64,000 nt of DNA from an uncultured Bifidobacteriaceae bacterium (lineage in GTDB: Bacteria; Acidobacteriota; Vicinamibacteria; Vicinamibacterales; UBA2999): positions 25,481 to 89,480 of the forward strand of contig CAZUGF010000004.1 in the NCBI GenBank assembly GCA_964619705.1, written 5' to 3'. This document shows positions 20,909 to 31,937 of this stretch, piece after piece (position 1 is the first letter of the stretch; every line of letters starts with the position of its first letter). The notes beneath the pieces were generated by a model, which made no database searches, was not told the origin of the DNA, and saw only the letters and a list, made by a program, of their open reading frames with translations. The position numbers and the translations under genes were made by a program.

Positions 20909-21139
20909 GATGCTGTCCCTCCTGTTGGCCGGTCACGCCCGCCGGATCTACCAGTCGTCCAACGCGGCGTGCCGGAGAACTTGCAGATTATGCACGAAAC
21001 AGATGGCACTCTGCAAGAATTGAGGGTTATGCCTGGCTAGTGCTGGCAGATAACTGCAAAACAGAGCCAATTTCGACGCGGCACGGTTGATCCAGGGCGC
21101 CCTGGGAGGCGCGCGCGCGGCCGGCTTCTTTGGCCTCGT

Positions 21140-22015
21140 TCAGAAGACGGGGACGAGGGTCCGGCCGGGGCAGGAGGCGGCGGGAGGCGGGGCGCCGCCG
21201 GTGAGGGCGGGGTAGGCCAGCTCGGCCATCAGGGCGTAGCCGGCGTCGCTCGGATGGAAGCCGTCGCCCGAGAAGCTGGAGGGCTGGACGATCCGCGGGT
21301 CGCACATCAGGTCCACCACGCCCACGTTCTGGCCCGCCAGCGCGTTCACGCGGTCGGCCAGGCCGGTCGCGATTCGCTGCATGATGCTGCGCTCCTGCAC
21401 GGGCCGCCCCGCCAGGTAGGGTGCGCCGGCCAGGTTCGGCAGGTTGAAGGCCACGATGCGCGCGCCGGGCGCGCGCCGGCGGACCCGGGACACCAGCTCG
21501 CCGAGATCGTCACCCCACCGACGGACCTGTCCGTCGATGTAGGCGCGGACGTCGCCCCCGCCCAGGCCCTGCGTGACGGCCGTGCCGATGATGTTGGCGT
21601 CGTTGCCGCCGACGAAGATCGTGACGTGTGTCGTGGTCGGCGGCACGAACGGCGGGTAGCGCTCCAGGAACGAGCCCGGGTTGTCCGTGCGCCCGATCTG
21701 CCGCGCCAGGTCCACGATGGCGTCCGACAGCACGTAGCCCGGGACCGACAGGTTTGCGTACAGCACCGTCCGCCCGTCGGCGCGCCACCGCCGGCGCAAG
21801 GTCTGCGCGTAGCCGGTCCCGTTGTCGCACCCGGCATCGAACGGCGCGCACACGACGGCCCCGCCGAAGCCGATGCCGTCACTCGCGCCGAGGACCGTAT
21901 AGCCCACGGTATTGCCATCGGGTGTCGGTGCGGTGGGTACTTTTTGCTCGCTGCACGAGGCCAGAAGGGCGGCAAACGGCAGGATCAGGAGGGACAGGCG
22001 GCGCACGCAGGACAT
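21140..22015 (-). CDS. SGNH/GDSL-family hydrolase lipoprotein
   Basis: Start at the ATG at 22015 (MSCVRRLSLLILPFAALLASC, a lipobox). Block I LGASDGIGFG, block III GGNDAN, block V DGFHPSDAGY. The extended ORF to 22198 has a non-protein-like N-terminus. Confidence 0.85.
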   Translation of the reverse strand: MSCVRRLSLLILPFAALLASCSEQKVPTAPTPDGNTVGYTVLGASDGIGFGGAVVCAPFDAGCDNGTGYAQTLRRRWRADGRTVLYANLSVPGYVLSDAIVDLARQIGRTDNPGSFLERYPPFVPPTTTHVTIFVGGNDANIIGTAVTQGLGGGDVRAYIDGQVRRWGDDLGELVSRVRRRAPGARIVAFNLPNLAGAPYLAGRPVQERSIMQRIATGLADRVNALAGQNVGVVDLMCDPRIVQPSSFSGDGFHPSDAGYALMAELAYPALTGGAPPPAASCPGRTLVPVF

Positions 22016-22077
22016 TCCATCTGCATTGTGCAAGAACAGGGCCGCGCTTTGCACTTTGAACTTCGAGCCTGTATCGT

Positions 22078-23790
22078 GTGCTCGTGCAGCGCCCCTGGAC
22101 TGAGTTCTATCATCCCCAGACTGCCAGGGACCTCCCGCCGCTCGGGCATCCGCACCTTCCGGCGCGCGTCCGCGAGGCGATCGCGCGGTTCGGTCCACAG
22201 ACGGCCTTCACGCTCGGCCTGCCCGGCGGCTCGCAGGGCGGCCTCACCTACGACGAGGTTGATAGACGGTCGGACGAGTTCGCGGTGTACCTGCGGGAGG
22301 TGGCCGGACTGGCGGCGGGGGATCGCGTGGCGATCCTCATGCCCAACTGCCTGGCCTACCCGGTCGTCGTGTTCGCGTGCCTCAAGGCCGGCGTGGTCAT
22401 GGTGAACACCAACCCGCTGTACACGGCCCCCGAGATGGTGCACCAGTTTGCCGACAGCGGTGCCGTGCTGCTGGTGACGATCGATCTCTTCGCGAAGAAG
22501 GTGGCCGAGGCGCTGCCGAAGACCCCCATCCGCTCGGTCATCATCGTCAACGTCGGGGATCTCCTGCCGCCGCTCCGGCGGTTCGTGGTCCGCAGCGTGC
22601 AGAAGTACGTGCAGCGGACGATCCCGTCCATTCCGTTCGCGCACACGGCCTTTCCTCGCGCGCTCGCGGAGGGGGCGCTGCGGCTGTCTTCCGGAGCGGA
22701 CCCGCTCGTCTACCAGGCCGCGCTCACGCAGGACTCGATTGCCGCGCTGCAGTACACCGGCGGCACGACGGGCGTGGCCAAGGGCGCCGTGCTGACGCAC
22801 GGCAACCTGCTCGCCAACATCGAGCAGAGCCTGCAGGTCTGGAAGCCGTGGCTGCGCGCGGGGCAGGAAGTGATGCTGACGGCGCTGCCGCTCTATCACG
22901 TGTTCGCGTTCACCGCGAACCTGATGCTCTTCTTCGTCAGCGGCGGGCGCAACATCCTCGTGCCGAGCCCGCGGCCGGTCTCCAACCTCCGGAACGTGAT
23001 GGAGAAGGAACCGATCACGTGGTTCACGGGCGTCAACACGCTCTTCGCGGGTCTGATGCACGAGCCGTGGTTCCAGCAGCGGACCGGGTGGACGCTGCGC
23101 GGCACGGTGGCCGGCGGCATGGCCCTGGTGCCGGCGGTCGGCGAGCGCTGGGAGCAGATGACGAAGACGCCGATCTACCAGGGGTACGGCCTGACCGAGA
23201 CCTCGCCCGTGGTGACGCTCAACCCGTTCCACCGGGTCAAGGCGGCCTCGATCGGCGTGCCGATTCCCGGTACGGACGTCAGGATCGTGGACGACGACGG
23301 CCGGGACGTGCCTGGCGGGCAGCCCGGGGAACTGCTGGTGCGCGGCCCGCAGGTGATGCCGGGCTACTGGAAGCGGCCCGACGAGACCGCGCAGGTCCTG
23401 CGCGACGGCTGGCTGTACACCGGGGACATCGCCACGATGGACGACGAGGGGTACCTCTTCATCGTCGATCGGAAGAAGGACATGATCCTCGTGAGCGGGT
23501 TCAACGTGTACCCGAACGAGGTGGAGGCGGTGATAGCCGCGCACCCGGGCGTGAAGGACTGCGCCGTGGTCGGCGTGCCCGATGAGGACACGGGCGAGTG
23601 GGTGGTGGCCTACGTGGTCCGCAAGGACCCCGCCCTGACGATGGACGCCGTGCGCGCCTACTGCAAGCAGACGCTGACCCCGTACAAGGTGCCGAAGCTC
23701 GTCATCTTCCGCGACGATCTCCCGAAGTCGCCGGTCGGCAAGGTCCTGCGGAAGGACCTGCGCGAAGACGCGGCCGCCGCCAGGACCTGA
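22078..23790 (+). CDS. fadD: Long-chain fatty acid-CoA ligase (AMP-binding enzyme)
   Basis: AMP-binding motif LQYTGGTTGVAKGAVLTH, plus GYGLTE, TGDIATMDDEGYLFIVDRKKD and the C-terminal PKSPVGKVLRKDL. Confidence 0.92.
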   Translation: MLVQRPWTEFYHPQTARDLPPLGHPHLPARVREAIARFGPQTAFTLGLPGGSQGGLTYDEVDRRSDEFAVYLREVAGLAAGDRVAILMPNCLAYPVVVFACLKAGVVMVNTNPLYTAPEMVHQFADSGAVLLVTIDLFAKKVAEALPKTPIRSVIIVNVGDLLPPLRRFVVRSVQKYVQRTIPSIPFAHTAFPRALAEGALRLSSGADPLVYQAALTQDSIAALQYTGGTTGVAKGAVLTHGNLLANIEQSLQVWKPWLRAGQEVMLTALPLYHVFAFTANLMLFFVSGGRNILVPSPRPVSNLRNVMEKEPITWFTGVNTLFAGLMHEPWFQQRTGWTLRGTVAGGMALVPAVGERWEQMTKTPIYQGYGLTETSPVVTLNPFHRVKAASIGVPIPGTDVRIVDDDGRDVPGGQPGELLVRGPQVMPGYWKRPDETAQVLRDGWLYTGDIATMDDEGYLFIVDRKKDMILVSGFNVYPNEVEAVIAAHPGVKDCAVVGVPDEDTGEWVVAYVVRKDPALTMDAVRAYCKQTLTPYKVPKLVIFRDDLPKSPVGKVLRKDLREDAAAART

Positions 23791-23796
23791 ACCGTC

Positions 23797-24765
23797 GTGG
23801 ATAACATCTGCCACACGCTGGCCGGCGCGGCCCTGGGGCGCGCGGGCCTGGCGGACCGGACCCGGTACGGCATGGCCACGCTGATCATCGCGTCCAACCT
23901 GCCGGACATCGACGTCGCCGTCTTCCTGACCGACACCCTCGCCATGTCGTTCCGCCGCGGCTGGACGCACGGCGTGCTCGCGCAGGCGACGCTGCCCGTG
24001 GCGCTCGCGGGTGTGATGTGGGCCGTGGCCCGGATCCGTCCGGCGCCCGTGGCCGGCCGCGAGCCGGAGGCGGGCAGGCCCGCGGTACCCGCGCGGTTCT
24101 CCCAGTTGCTCCTGCTGTCGTTCATCGGCCTCTACTCGCACATCCTGCTGGACCTGCTCAACAGCTACGGCCTGCGGATCCTGATGCCGCTCTCCGGCCG
24201 CTGGTTCTACGGCGACGCGCTGTTCATCGTCGATCCGTGGATGTACGTCGTGCTGGGCGCGGGCCTCTGGCTGTCGCGGCGCGCGCGGCGCCGCGGTGAG
24301 GACGCCCCGTGGCGTCCGGCGCGGGTAGCGCTGCTCGTGGCGGCCGGCTACCTGGCGGCGATGTACGGGTCCAACCTGTGGGCGCGGGCCGTCGTGCGGG
24401 ACGGGCTTGTCCGCGCGGGCCAGCCGGCGGACACCCGGTTCATGGTCACGCCGGTCCTGGCCAATCCCTTCCGGCGCGAGGTACTGGTCGACGTGGGCGA
24501 TCGGTACGAGAAGGGCCAGTTGTGGTTCGAGCCGGCGCCGCGGTTCCGGCCGGCCGGCTACGGGGTGCCGAAGGGCTTCGACCTGCCGGAGGCCGCGGCC
24601 GCGCTGGCGACGCCGCGGGCGCAGGCGTACCTCGGGTGGTCGCGCTTCCCGTTCTTCGTCGTGGACCGGTCGGTGGCGCCGCCCCGGCTGCTCCTCAACG
24701 ACTACCGGTACACGGACTCGACGGGCCGCTTCGGGTGGGCCACGATGGTGGTCACGGCCGAGTAG
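23797..24765 (+). CDS. Membrane-bound metal-dependent hydrolase (YdjM/DUF457-like)
   Basis: N-terminal CHTLAGAALG, PDIDV and RGWTHG motifs typical of the YdjM family. Several TM segments plus a C-terminal soluble extension. GTG start 6 nt after the fadD stop. Confidence 0.65.
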   Translation: MDNICHTLAGAALGRAGLADRTRYGMATLIIASNLPDIDVAVFLTDTLAMSFRRGWTHGVLAQATLPVALAGVMWAVARIRPAPVAGREPEAGRPAVPARFSQLLLLSFIGLYSHILLDLLNSYGLRILMPLSGRWFYGDALFIVDPWMYVVLGAGLWLSRRARRRGEDAPWRPARVALLVAAGYLAAMYGSNLWARAVVRDGLVRAGQPADTRFMVTPVLANPFRREVLVDVGDRYEKGQLWFEPAPRFRPAGYGVPKGFDLPEAAAALATPRAQAYLGWSRFPFFVVDRSVAPPRLLLNDYRYTDSTGRFGWATMVVTAE

Positions 24766-24780
24766 ATCGGAGCAGGTAGA

Positions 24781-25680
24781 ATGACCTCCATGGTGCGCGT
24801 GTTCCTGCTGGCCGCGGCGTTGGTCTTCCTGCCGGTCTCCGCGTCCGCATGGGGGTTCGATGCCCATCGGTTCATCGTGGACCAGGCGCTCTCGCAGTTG
24901 CCGCCGGAGCTGAAGGCGTTCTTCGAGCAGCGCCGCCCGTTCATCGTCGAGCGCGCGGTGGATCCCGACCTGTGGCGCACGGCGGGGTGGGAGACCGAGC
25001 CGCCGAATCACTTTCTCGATCTGGATCACCAGGCGTTCGGGCCGTACCCCTTCGACGGGCTGCCGCGCGACTACGGGGACGCGGTCCAGAAGTTCGGCCG
25101 GACCTTCGTGCACAGCCAGGGCCTGCTGCCGTGGCGGACGCAGGAGTTCTACGGGCGCCTGCAGCGGGCCTTCGAGTCCCTTGCGCGCGCCACGCCGCCG
25201 CAGTACGTCCTGGACGACATCGCCTACTACTCCGCCATCCTCGCGCACTACGTCTCCGACGGCCACGTGCCGCTGCACGCCGTCGTCAACTACGACGGCC
25301 AGTTGACCGGCCAGCAGGGGCTGCACTCGCGCTGGGAGTCGGAGCTCTTCACGCGCAACCGCGACAGGATTGCCGTCGTCCCCCGTCCCCTGGCGCCGGT
25401 GGCCAATCCCCGGGACTTCATGTTCGAGGTGCTGCTCGCGAGCAACCGGCTCGTGCCGGGCGTGCTGGCGGCGGACCGGGAGGCGGCGGAGGGACGCGAG
25501 TTCTACGACGCGGCGTACTTCGATGCCTTTGCCGAGCGCAGCCTGGACGTGGTGCGGCAGCGCATCAACGACTCGGCGGCGGCGGTGGCCTCGATGATCA
25601 CCGGCGCCTGGGAACAGGCGGGCCGTCCGGCGGTCCCCGTCGAACTGCCGCGAACCCCGCGCCGGATTCGACGTCAATAG
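24781..25680 (+). CDS. S1/P1 nuclease / zinc phospholipase C-like secreted protein
   Basis: The signal peptide ends ASA-WGFDAH, so the mature N-terminal Trp and His are as in S1/P1 nucleases. A later AHYVSDGHVPLH metal-ligand block is present. Confidence 0.7.
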   Translation: MTSMVRVFLLAAALVFLPVSASAWGFDAHRFIVDQALSQLPPELKAFFEQRRPFIVERAVDPDLWRTAGWETEPPNHFLDLDHQAFGPYPFDGLPRDYGDAVQKFGRTFVHSQGLLPWRTQEFYGRLQRAFESLARATPPQYVLDDIAYYSAILAHYVSDGHVPLHAVVNYDGQLTGQQGLHSRWESELFTRNRDRIAVVPRPLAPVANPRDFMFEVLLASNRLVPGVLAADREAAEGREFYDAAYFDAFAERSLDVVRQRINDSAAAVASMITGAWEQAGRPAVPVELPRTPRRIRRQ

Positions 25681-25684
25681 GATC

Positions 25685-26365
25685 GTGAACGTCTACTTCG
25701 TCCCGCTCGGCGCCGGGCGCCTGGAGCCGTACTTCGAGCACGAGGACGGCGAGGTGCCGGAGGAACTGCCGGCAGGGACCGGGTTCCTGGGCCGGATGCG
25801 GGCGCGGTTTGCCGAGACGCTCCGTGAGGCGGAACGTCAGCGCCACGAACGGACGCACCAGCCGCCCGCGAGCGCCCTGGCGCGACTGCAGCGATCCCTG
25901 ATGCGCTGGATTGCCGAGCGCGTCGCCGAGCAGCGGCTCCTCTGGAACCTGCGGAGCGTGGACGACGCCGTGCTCCACGTTCCGGACGACATGGATCTGC
26001 AGGCGGCGGAGCAGGCGTTCCGCCAGTCGCTCCAGCGTGACGGCGATCGGCACCTGCGCCTGCTGGCGCTCCACTCGCTGGGCCTCATCGCCTCGGCGCC
26101 GGTGGCCCTCATCCCGGGGCCCAACGTCTTCGGCTACCTCTTCACGTTCACCGTGGTCGGGCACTTCCTGTCTTACCGCGGGGCACGGCGGGGCAACGGG
26201 ACGGTACGATGGCGCGTGGTGGCCAACGCGGACCTGAGCGAGGTCGGGCGTGCCCTGACGGCCACGCCGCCCGAACGGCGCCGGCTCCTGCACGACGTGT
26301 CGCAGCGCCTGCACCTGCCGCGGCTGGTGCCCTTTGTCGAGCGGATGACCGTCCCGACCGCGTGA
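25685..26365 (+). CDS. Hypothetical protein with central hydrophobic hairpin
   Basis: 226 aa with normal, protein-like composition. There is one long hydrophobic region (LLALHSLGLIASAPVALIPGPNVFGYLFTFTVVGHFL). No recognisable motif. It starts 4 nt after the preceding gene. Confidence 0.55.
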   Translation: MNVYFVPLGAGRLEPYFEHEDGEVPEELPAGTGFLGRMRARFAETLREAERQRHERTHQPPASALARLQRSLMRWIAERVAEQRLLWNLRSVDDAVLHVPDDMDLQAAEQAFRQSLQRDGDRHLRLLALHSLGLIASAPVALIPGPNVFGYLFTFTVVGHFLSYRGARRGNGTVRWRVVANADLSEVGRALTATPPERRRLLHDVSQRLHLPRLVPFVERMTVPTA

Positions 26366-26377
26366 TATTCTCGACCG

Positions 26378-27394
26378 GTGACGCTTGGCGACCTGGCCGC
26401 CGCCCTGGGCTGGCCGCTCGAAGGTGATGGCCGCCTCGACATCGTGCGGGTGGCCCGGATCGAGCAGGCGGGACCCGGCGATCTCACCTTCCTCGCGAAC
26501 ATGAAGTACGCGCGCGCGCTCGAGTTGACGCGCGCCTCCGCCGTCATTGCCGCGCCCGGCGTCACTGGCGCGCCGTGCGCCGTCATCCGGAGCCCCGAGC
26601 CCTACGTGACCTACGCGCTGGCGGCGACGCTCCTGGCGCCCCGCACCGAGCACGTGCCCGGCGTTCACCCGCAGGCCTCCGTCGACCCCTCGGCCGATGT
26701 CGATCCATCCGCCTCGATCGGCCCCTTTGCCGTCGTCGGCGCGCGCGCGCGTGTCGGCGCGCGGTCCGTCCTCCACCCGCACGCGGTGGTGGGCCCAGGG
26801 GCCGAGATCGGGACGGACTGCGTGATTCACGCGCACGTGTCCATCCGTGAGCGGTGTACGCTCGGGGCGCGTGTGGTCGTGCAGGACGGGGCCGTGATCG
26901 GCGGCGACGGCTACGGGTTTGCGACGCGCGCCGACGGCACGCACGTCAAGATCCCGCAGACGGCGCCGGTCGTCATCGAGGACGACGTGGAGATCGGCGC
27001 CAACACGACGATCGACAGGCCGGCGGTGGGGGAGACGCGCGTCCGTGCGGGGACGAAGATCGACAACCTCGTCCAGATCGGCCACGGGGTCGTGCTCGGC
27101 CGGCACGTGCTCCTCGCGGCCCAGGTCGGCATTGCGGGCAGCACGGTCCTCGGCGACGCGGTGGTGCTCGGCGGCCAGGTGGGCGTCGGCGGGCACCTGA
27201 CGCTCGGCGATCGGGTCAAGGCGGTGGGACAATCCGGGATCACGAGCTCGGTGGACGCGGACCGGTTCGTCTCCGGCTACCCGGCCATCGACAACACGGA
27301 GTGGCGCAAGGCGTCGGCGGTGTACCGGCGGCTTCCCGAGTTGCGGAAGCGCGTGGCGGCCATCGAGCGGCGCCTGAAGGACGAGGGGTCGTGA
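26378..27394 (+). CDS. lpxD: UDP-3-O-(3-hydroxyacyl)glucosamine N-acyltransferase
   Basis: N-terminal LpxD domain (LGDLAAALG...[23 protein letters not shown]), followed by hexapeptide left-handed beta-helix repeats and a C-terminal helix. Confidence 0.93.
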   Translation: MTLGDLAAALGWPLEGDGRLDIVRVARIEQAGPGDLTFLANMKYARALELTRASAVIAAPGVTGAPCAVIRSPEPYVTYALAATLLAPRTEHVPGVHPQASVDPSADVDPSASIGPFAVVGARARVGARSVLHPHAVVGPGAEIGTDCVIHAHVSIRERCTLGARVVVQDGAVIGGDGYGFATRADGTHVKIPQTAPVVIEDDVEIGANTTIDRPAVGETRVRAGTKIDNLVQIGHGVVLGRHVLLAAQVGIAGSTVLGDAVVLGGQVGVGGHLTLGDRVKAVGQSGITSSVDADRFVSGYPAIDNTEWRKASAVYRRLPELRKRVAAIERRLKDEGS

Positions 27395-27398
27395 AGCA

Positions 27399-28792
<1,394 letters not shown>

Positions 28793-28796
<4 letters not shown>

Positions 28797-30253
28797 AGAC
28801 GTTCAGTGTCGCGGCGTTCGTCCTGACGACGCTCACGTCGCTGGCGGTCGGGCAGGTCCGATCGGCGTGGCCCACGGAGCTGCCGCCGCGTCCCCTGGCG
28901 CCGACGGCCGTCACGTTCCCCCCGTTCGACGTGCGCACGCTGCCCAACGGCCTGACCGTCGTCCTGGTGAGCCAGAACGAGCAGCCGGCCGTCAGCATCC
29001 GCATGATCGTCCGCGCGGGCGCCGCGCAGGACCCGAAGGCGAAGATGGGCGTGGCGATGCTCACGGCCACGCTGCTGGATCAGGGCGCCGGCACGCGCAC
29101 CGCCGAGCAGCTCGCCGACGAGATCGACTTCCTGGGCGGCGTGCTCAGCACGGGGGCCGGGACGGACCTGAGCTACGTGAACACGATCGTCATGAAGGAC
29201 GACTACGACGCCGGGCTCGCGCTGATGGCCGACGTCGTCCGCCGGCCGACGTTCCTGCCGGCGGAGATCGATCGGCAGCGGCAGCAGGCGCTCTCCGGCC
29301 TGAAGGTGGCCGCGGAGGATCCGGACGCGATCGCGGGCCGGGTGATCGATCGGCTGATCTTCGGGTTCCATCCCTACGGGATGCCGGGATCCGGCACCAC
29401 GGAGTCCCTGTCGTCGCTCACCCGCGACGACTTCGTCGGCTTCCACCGCACCTACTTCGTCCCGAACAATGCGATCGTCGCCGTGGTCGGCGACATCACG
29501 CACGAGCAGGCGATCGCCGGCCTCGAGAAGCACTTCGGGGACTGGGCGCGCGGCGAGATCCCGCCGTTCGATCCCATCGCGGCGCCGGAGCCGACCAAGC
29601 GCGTCATCGTGATCGACAGGCCGGATGCGGTGCAGACCGAGATTCGCGTCGGCCAGCTCGCCATCCCGCGCAAGCACGATGACTACGAGGCGCTGAACCA
29701 GACCGTGAAGATCCTGGGCGGCGAGGGCGCCAACCGGCTCCAGCAGGTGCTCCGCTCGCAGCGGCAGCTCACCTACGGCGCGTCGGCGGATCTCGAGACG
29801 TTCAAGTGGGCGGGCGCCATCATCGCCGACACGGACACGCAGACCGCGACGACGGCCGAAGCGCTGCGCGTGGTTGCGGAGGAGTTCTCCCGGCTGCAGC
29901 GCGAGCGCGTGGGCGAGAACGAGCTGCGGAGCGCGCAGGACTACGCGGTGGGGAGCTACCCGCTGACGCTCGAGACGCCGGACCAGCTCGCCACGCAGGT
30001 GCTCAACCAGCTCTTCTACGAGCTCCCGGTGGACGACCTGCCGAAGTTCCGCGAGCGGCTCCTCGGCGTGTCGCCCGACGATGTGCAGCGCGTGGCGCGG
30101 TGGTTCCTCCGGCCGGATCGGCTGTCCGTCGTGCTGGTGGGCAACGCCGATCAGTTCGTCGACAGCCTCAAGGGTGTCGGCTTCGGCGACTTCGAGCGCA
30201 TCCCGATGGACCAGGTGGACCTGTTGTCCGCGGATCTCAGACGACACGAGTGA
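28793..30253 (+). CDS. M16 family peptidase, non-catalytic (HxxEH-less) partner subunit type
   Basis: The ATG at 28793 overlaps the previous stop (ATGA). Signal peptide MKTFSVAAFVLTTLTSLAVG. The fold is M16-like (LPNGLTVVLVSQNEQPAVSIRMIVRAGA), but the position equivalent to HxxEH reads MLTATLL. Confidence 0.85.
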
Positions 30254-31374
30254 AGGTCATGATCTCGTGCGGCGAGCCGTCCGGCGATCTCTACGCCGGC
30301 GCGCTCGTTCGCGCGCTCCGGGACCTCGATCCCGGCCTCGACGCGTTCGGCCTCGGCGGCGAGCGGATGGCGGCGGCCGGGGCGCGGCTGCTCGCGGACT
30401 TCCGCGGACTGTCCGTGACCGGCCTCGTCGAGGCGCTCAAGGTCCTGCCCAAGTCGTGGCGCACCTATCGCGCGCTGGTCCGCGCCGCGCGCGAGGAGCG
30501 GCCGGACGTGCTGGTGCTCGTCGACTACCCGGACTTCAACTTCCGCCTCATGAAGGCCGTCCGCGCGCTGGGCGTGCCGGTCGTCTACTACATCAGCCCG
30601 CAGCTCTGGGCCTGGCGTCCCGGCCGGATGCGGACGATGAAGGCCGGCGTCGATCGCGTGCTGGTCATCTTCCCGTTCGAGCGCGAGATCTACGCCCGCG
30701 AGGGCGTGGCGGTGGACTTCGTCGGCCACCCGCTGCTGGACCTGTCCACGGACCCGGTGGACCGCGAAGCGCTCGCGGCGGCGTGGGGGCTGGACGCGCG
30801 GCGGCCGATTGTCGCAATGCTGCCGGGGAGCCGGCCGAACGAGCTGGAGCGCCTGGCGCCGGTGCTCGCGTCGGCGGCGCGGCGCGTGGCGGAGCGCGTG
30901 CCGGGCGTGCAGTTTGTCGTGGCGCGCGCGCCGCATCTCGGTGACGGACTGTTCACGCCGTTCGGCGATGGCGCGGACGTCCGCGTCATCGAGGGACGGA
31001 CGGACGACGTGCTCGCGATCAGCGACGTGGTCCTGACCGCGTCCGGGACCGCGACCGTGCAGACGGCGATTCACGGTAAGCCGATGGTGGTCCTCTACAA
31101 GCTCGCGCCGCTGACCTACACGCTCGGCAAGCCGCTCGCGAAGGTGGACATGTACGCGATGGTCAACCTGATTGCCGGGCGGCGGCTCGTGCGCGAGCTC
31201 ATCCAGGACGCGTGTACGCCGGAGGCGGTGGCGGACGAGGCGGTCCGGCTCCTGACGGATGCCGCCGCGCGTGCGCAGATGGTCGACGGCCTCCGCGATG
31301 TCGTCTCCGCGCTCGGCGGCCCCGGCGCGAGCGCCCGCGCCGCCGCCGCCGTCGCGCAGGTCGCGCGAGTGTAA
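30250..31374 (+). CDS. lpxB: Lipid-A-disaccharide synthase
   Basis: The GTG at 30250 overlaps the previous stop (GTGA); an alternative ATG lies at 30259. Motifs: ISCGEPSGDLYAGALVRAL, DYPDFNFRL, YYISPQLWAWR. Confidence 0.92.
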   Translation: MKVMISCGEPSGDLYAGALVRALRDLDPGLDAFGLGGERMAAAGARLLADFRGLSVTGLVEALKVLPKSWRTYRALVRAAREERPDVLVLVDYPDFNFRLMKAVRALGVPVVYYISPQLWAWRPGRMRTMKAGVDRVLVIFPFEREIYAREGVAVDFVGHPLLDLSTDPVDREALAAAWGLDARRPIVAMLPGSRPNELERLAPVLASAARRVAERVPGVQFVVARAPHLGDGLFTPFGDGADVRVIEGRTDDVLAISDVVLTASGTATVQTAIHGKPMVVLYKLAPLTYTLGKPLAKVDMYAMVNLIAGRRLVRELIQDACTPEAVADEAVRLLTDAAARAQMVDGLRDVVSALGGPGASARAAAAVAQVARV

Positions 31375-31400
31375 AGGGGCCGGCCCGTTTACACTTGGGC

Positions 31401-31937
31401 ATGCGACCTCTTGTCCTCGTGCTCGTCCTGGCGCTCAGCGCGCCGTTGTCGGCCATTGTCGTCCGGCCGATGTCGTTCACCGAACTCGTCGCCGACTCCG
31501 CGGCGATCGTGTACGCCCGCGTCGCGGACGTGCGCGGGCAGTGGACGGCCGACCGGCAGGGCATCGACAGCCTGCTGACCCTCGACGCGATCGAGTACTT
31601 CAAGGGCGGGCTCGGCGACGCCGTGACGGTGCGCGTGCCGGGCGGGCAGGTCGGGAACCGCGTGCACGTGCTCCCCGGTGCGCCGACGTTCCGGCCCGGC
31701 GACGTGGTCGTCCTCTTCCTCAAGGCCAACGGTCCCGCCATTCCCATCGTGACGGGCACGACGCAGGGCGTCTTCCGCGTCCGTCGCGATCCCCGCACCG
31801 GCGACGCGGTCGTGGTCCCGCCCGTGACGCACGCGGCGGGCGCGCCGGTGCGCCTCGTCCGCGGCGACCCCGCGCGCCGTCCGCTGCCGATCGACGTCTT
31901 CGCCTCGGCGGTGCACGACGCGGGGATCGGCCGATGA
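31401..31937 (+). CDS. Secreted hypothetical protein
   Basis: The ATG at 31401 gives the signal peptide MRPLVLVLVLALSAPLSA. The 178-aa protein is beta-rich and has no known motif. Its stop overlaps the next start. Confidence 0.6.
   Translation: MRPLVLVLVLALSAPLSAIVVRPMSFTELVADSAAIVYARVADVRGQWTADRQGIDSLLTLDAIEYFKGGLGDAVTVRVPGGQVGNRVHVLPGAPTFRPGDVVVLFLKANGPAIPIVTGTTQGVFRVRRDPRTGDAVVVPPVTHAAGAPVRLVRGDPARRPLPIDVFASAVHDAGIGR

Noticed and set aside
20980-21075. Sigma-54 (-24/-12) promoter candidates upstream of glnN: TGGCAG-ATAAC-TGCA on the plus strand, and TTGGCTCTGTTTTGCA on the minus strand (reverse complement of 21055-21070).
   Set aside because: In both cases the GG-to-GC spacing is one nucleotide shorter than the strict consensus (TGGCAC-N5-TTGC), and one candidate is on the wrong strand for glnN. 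It is not supportable without transcription start mapping.
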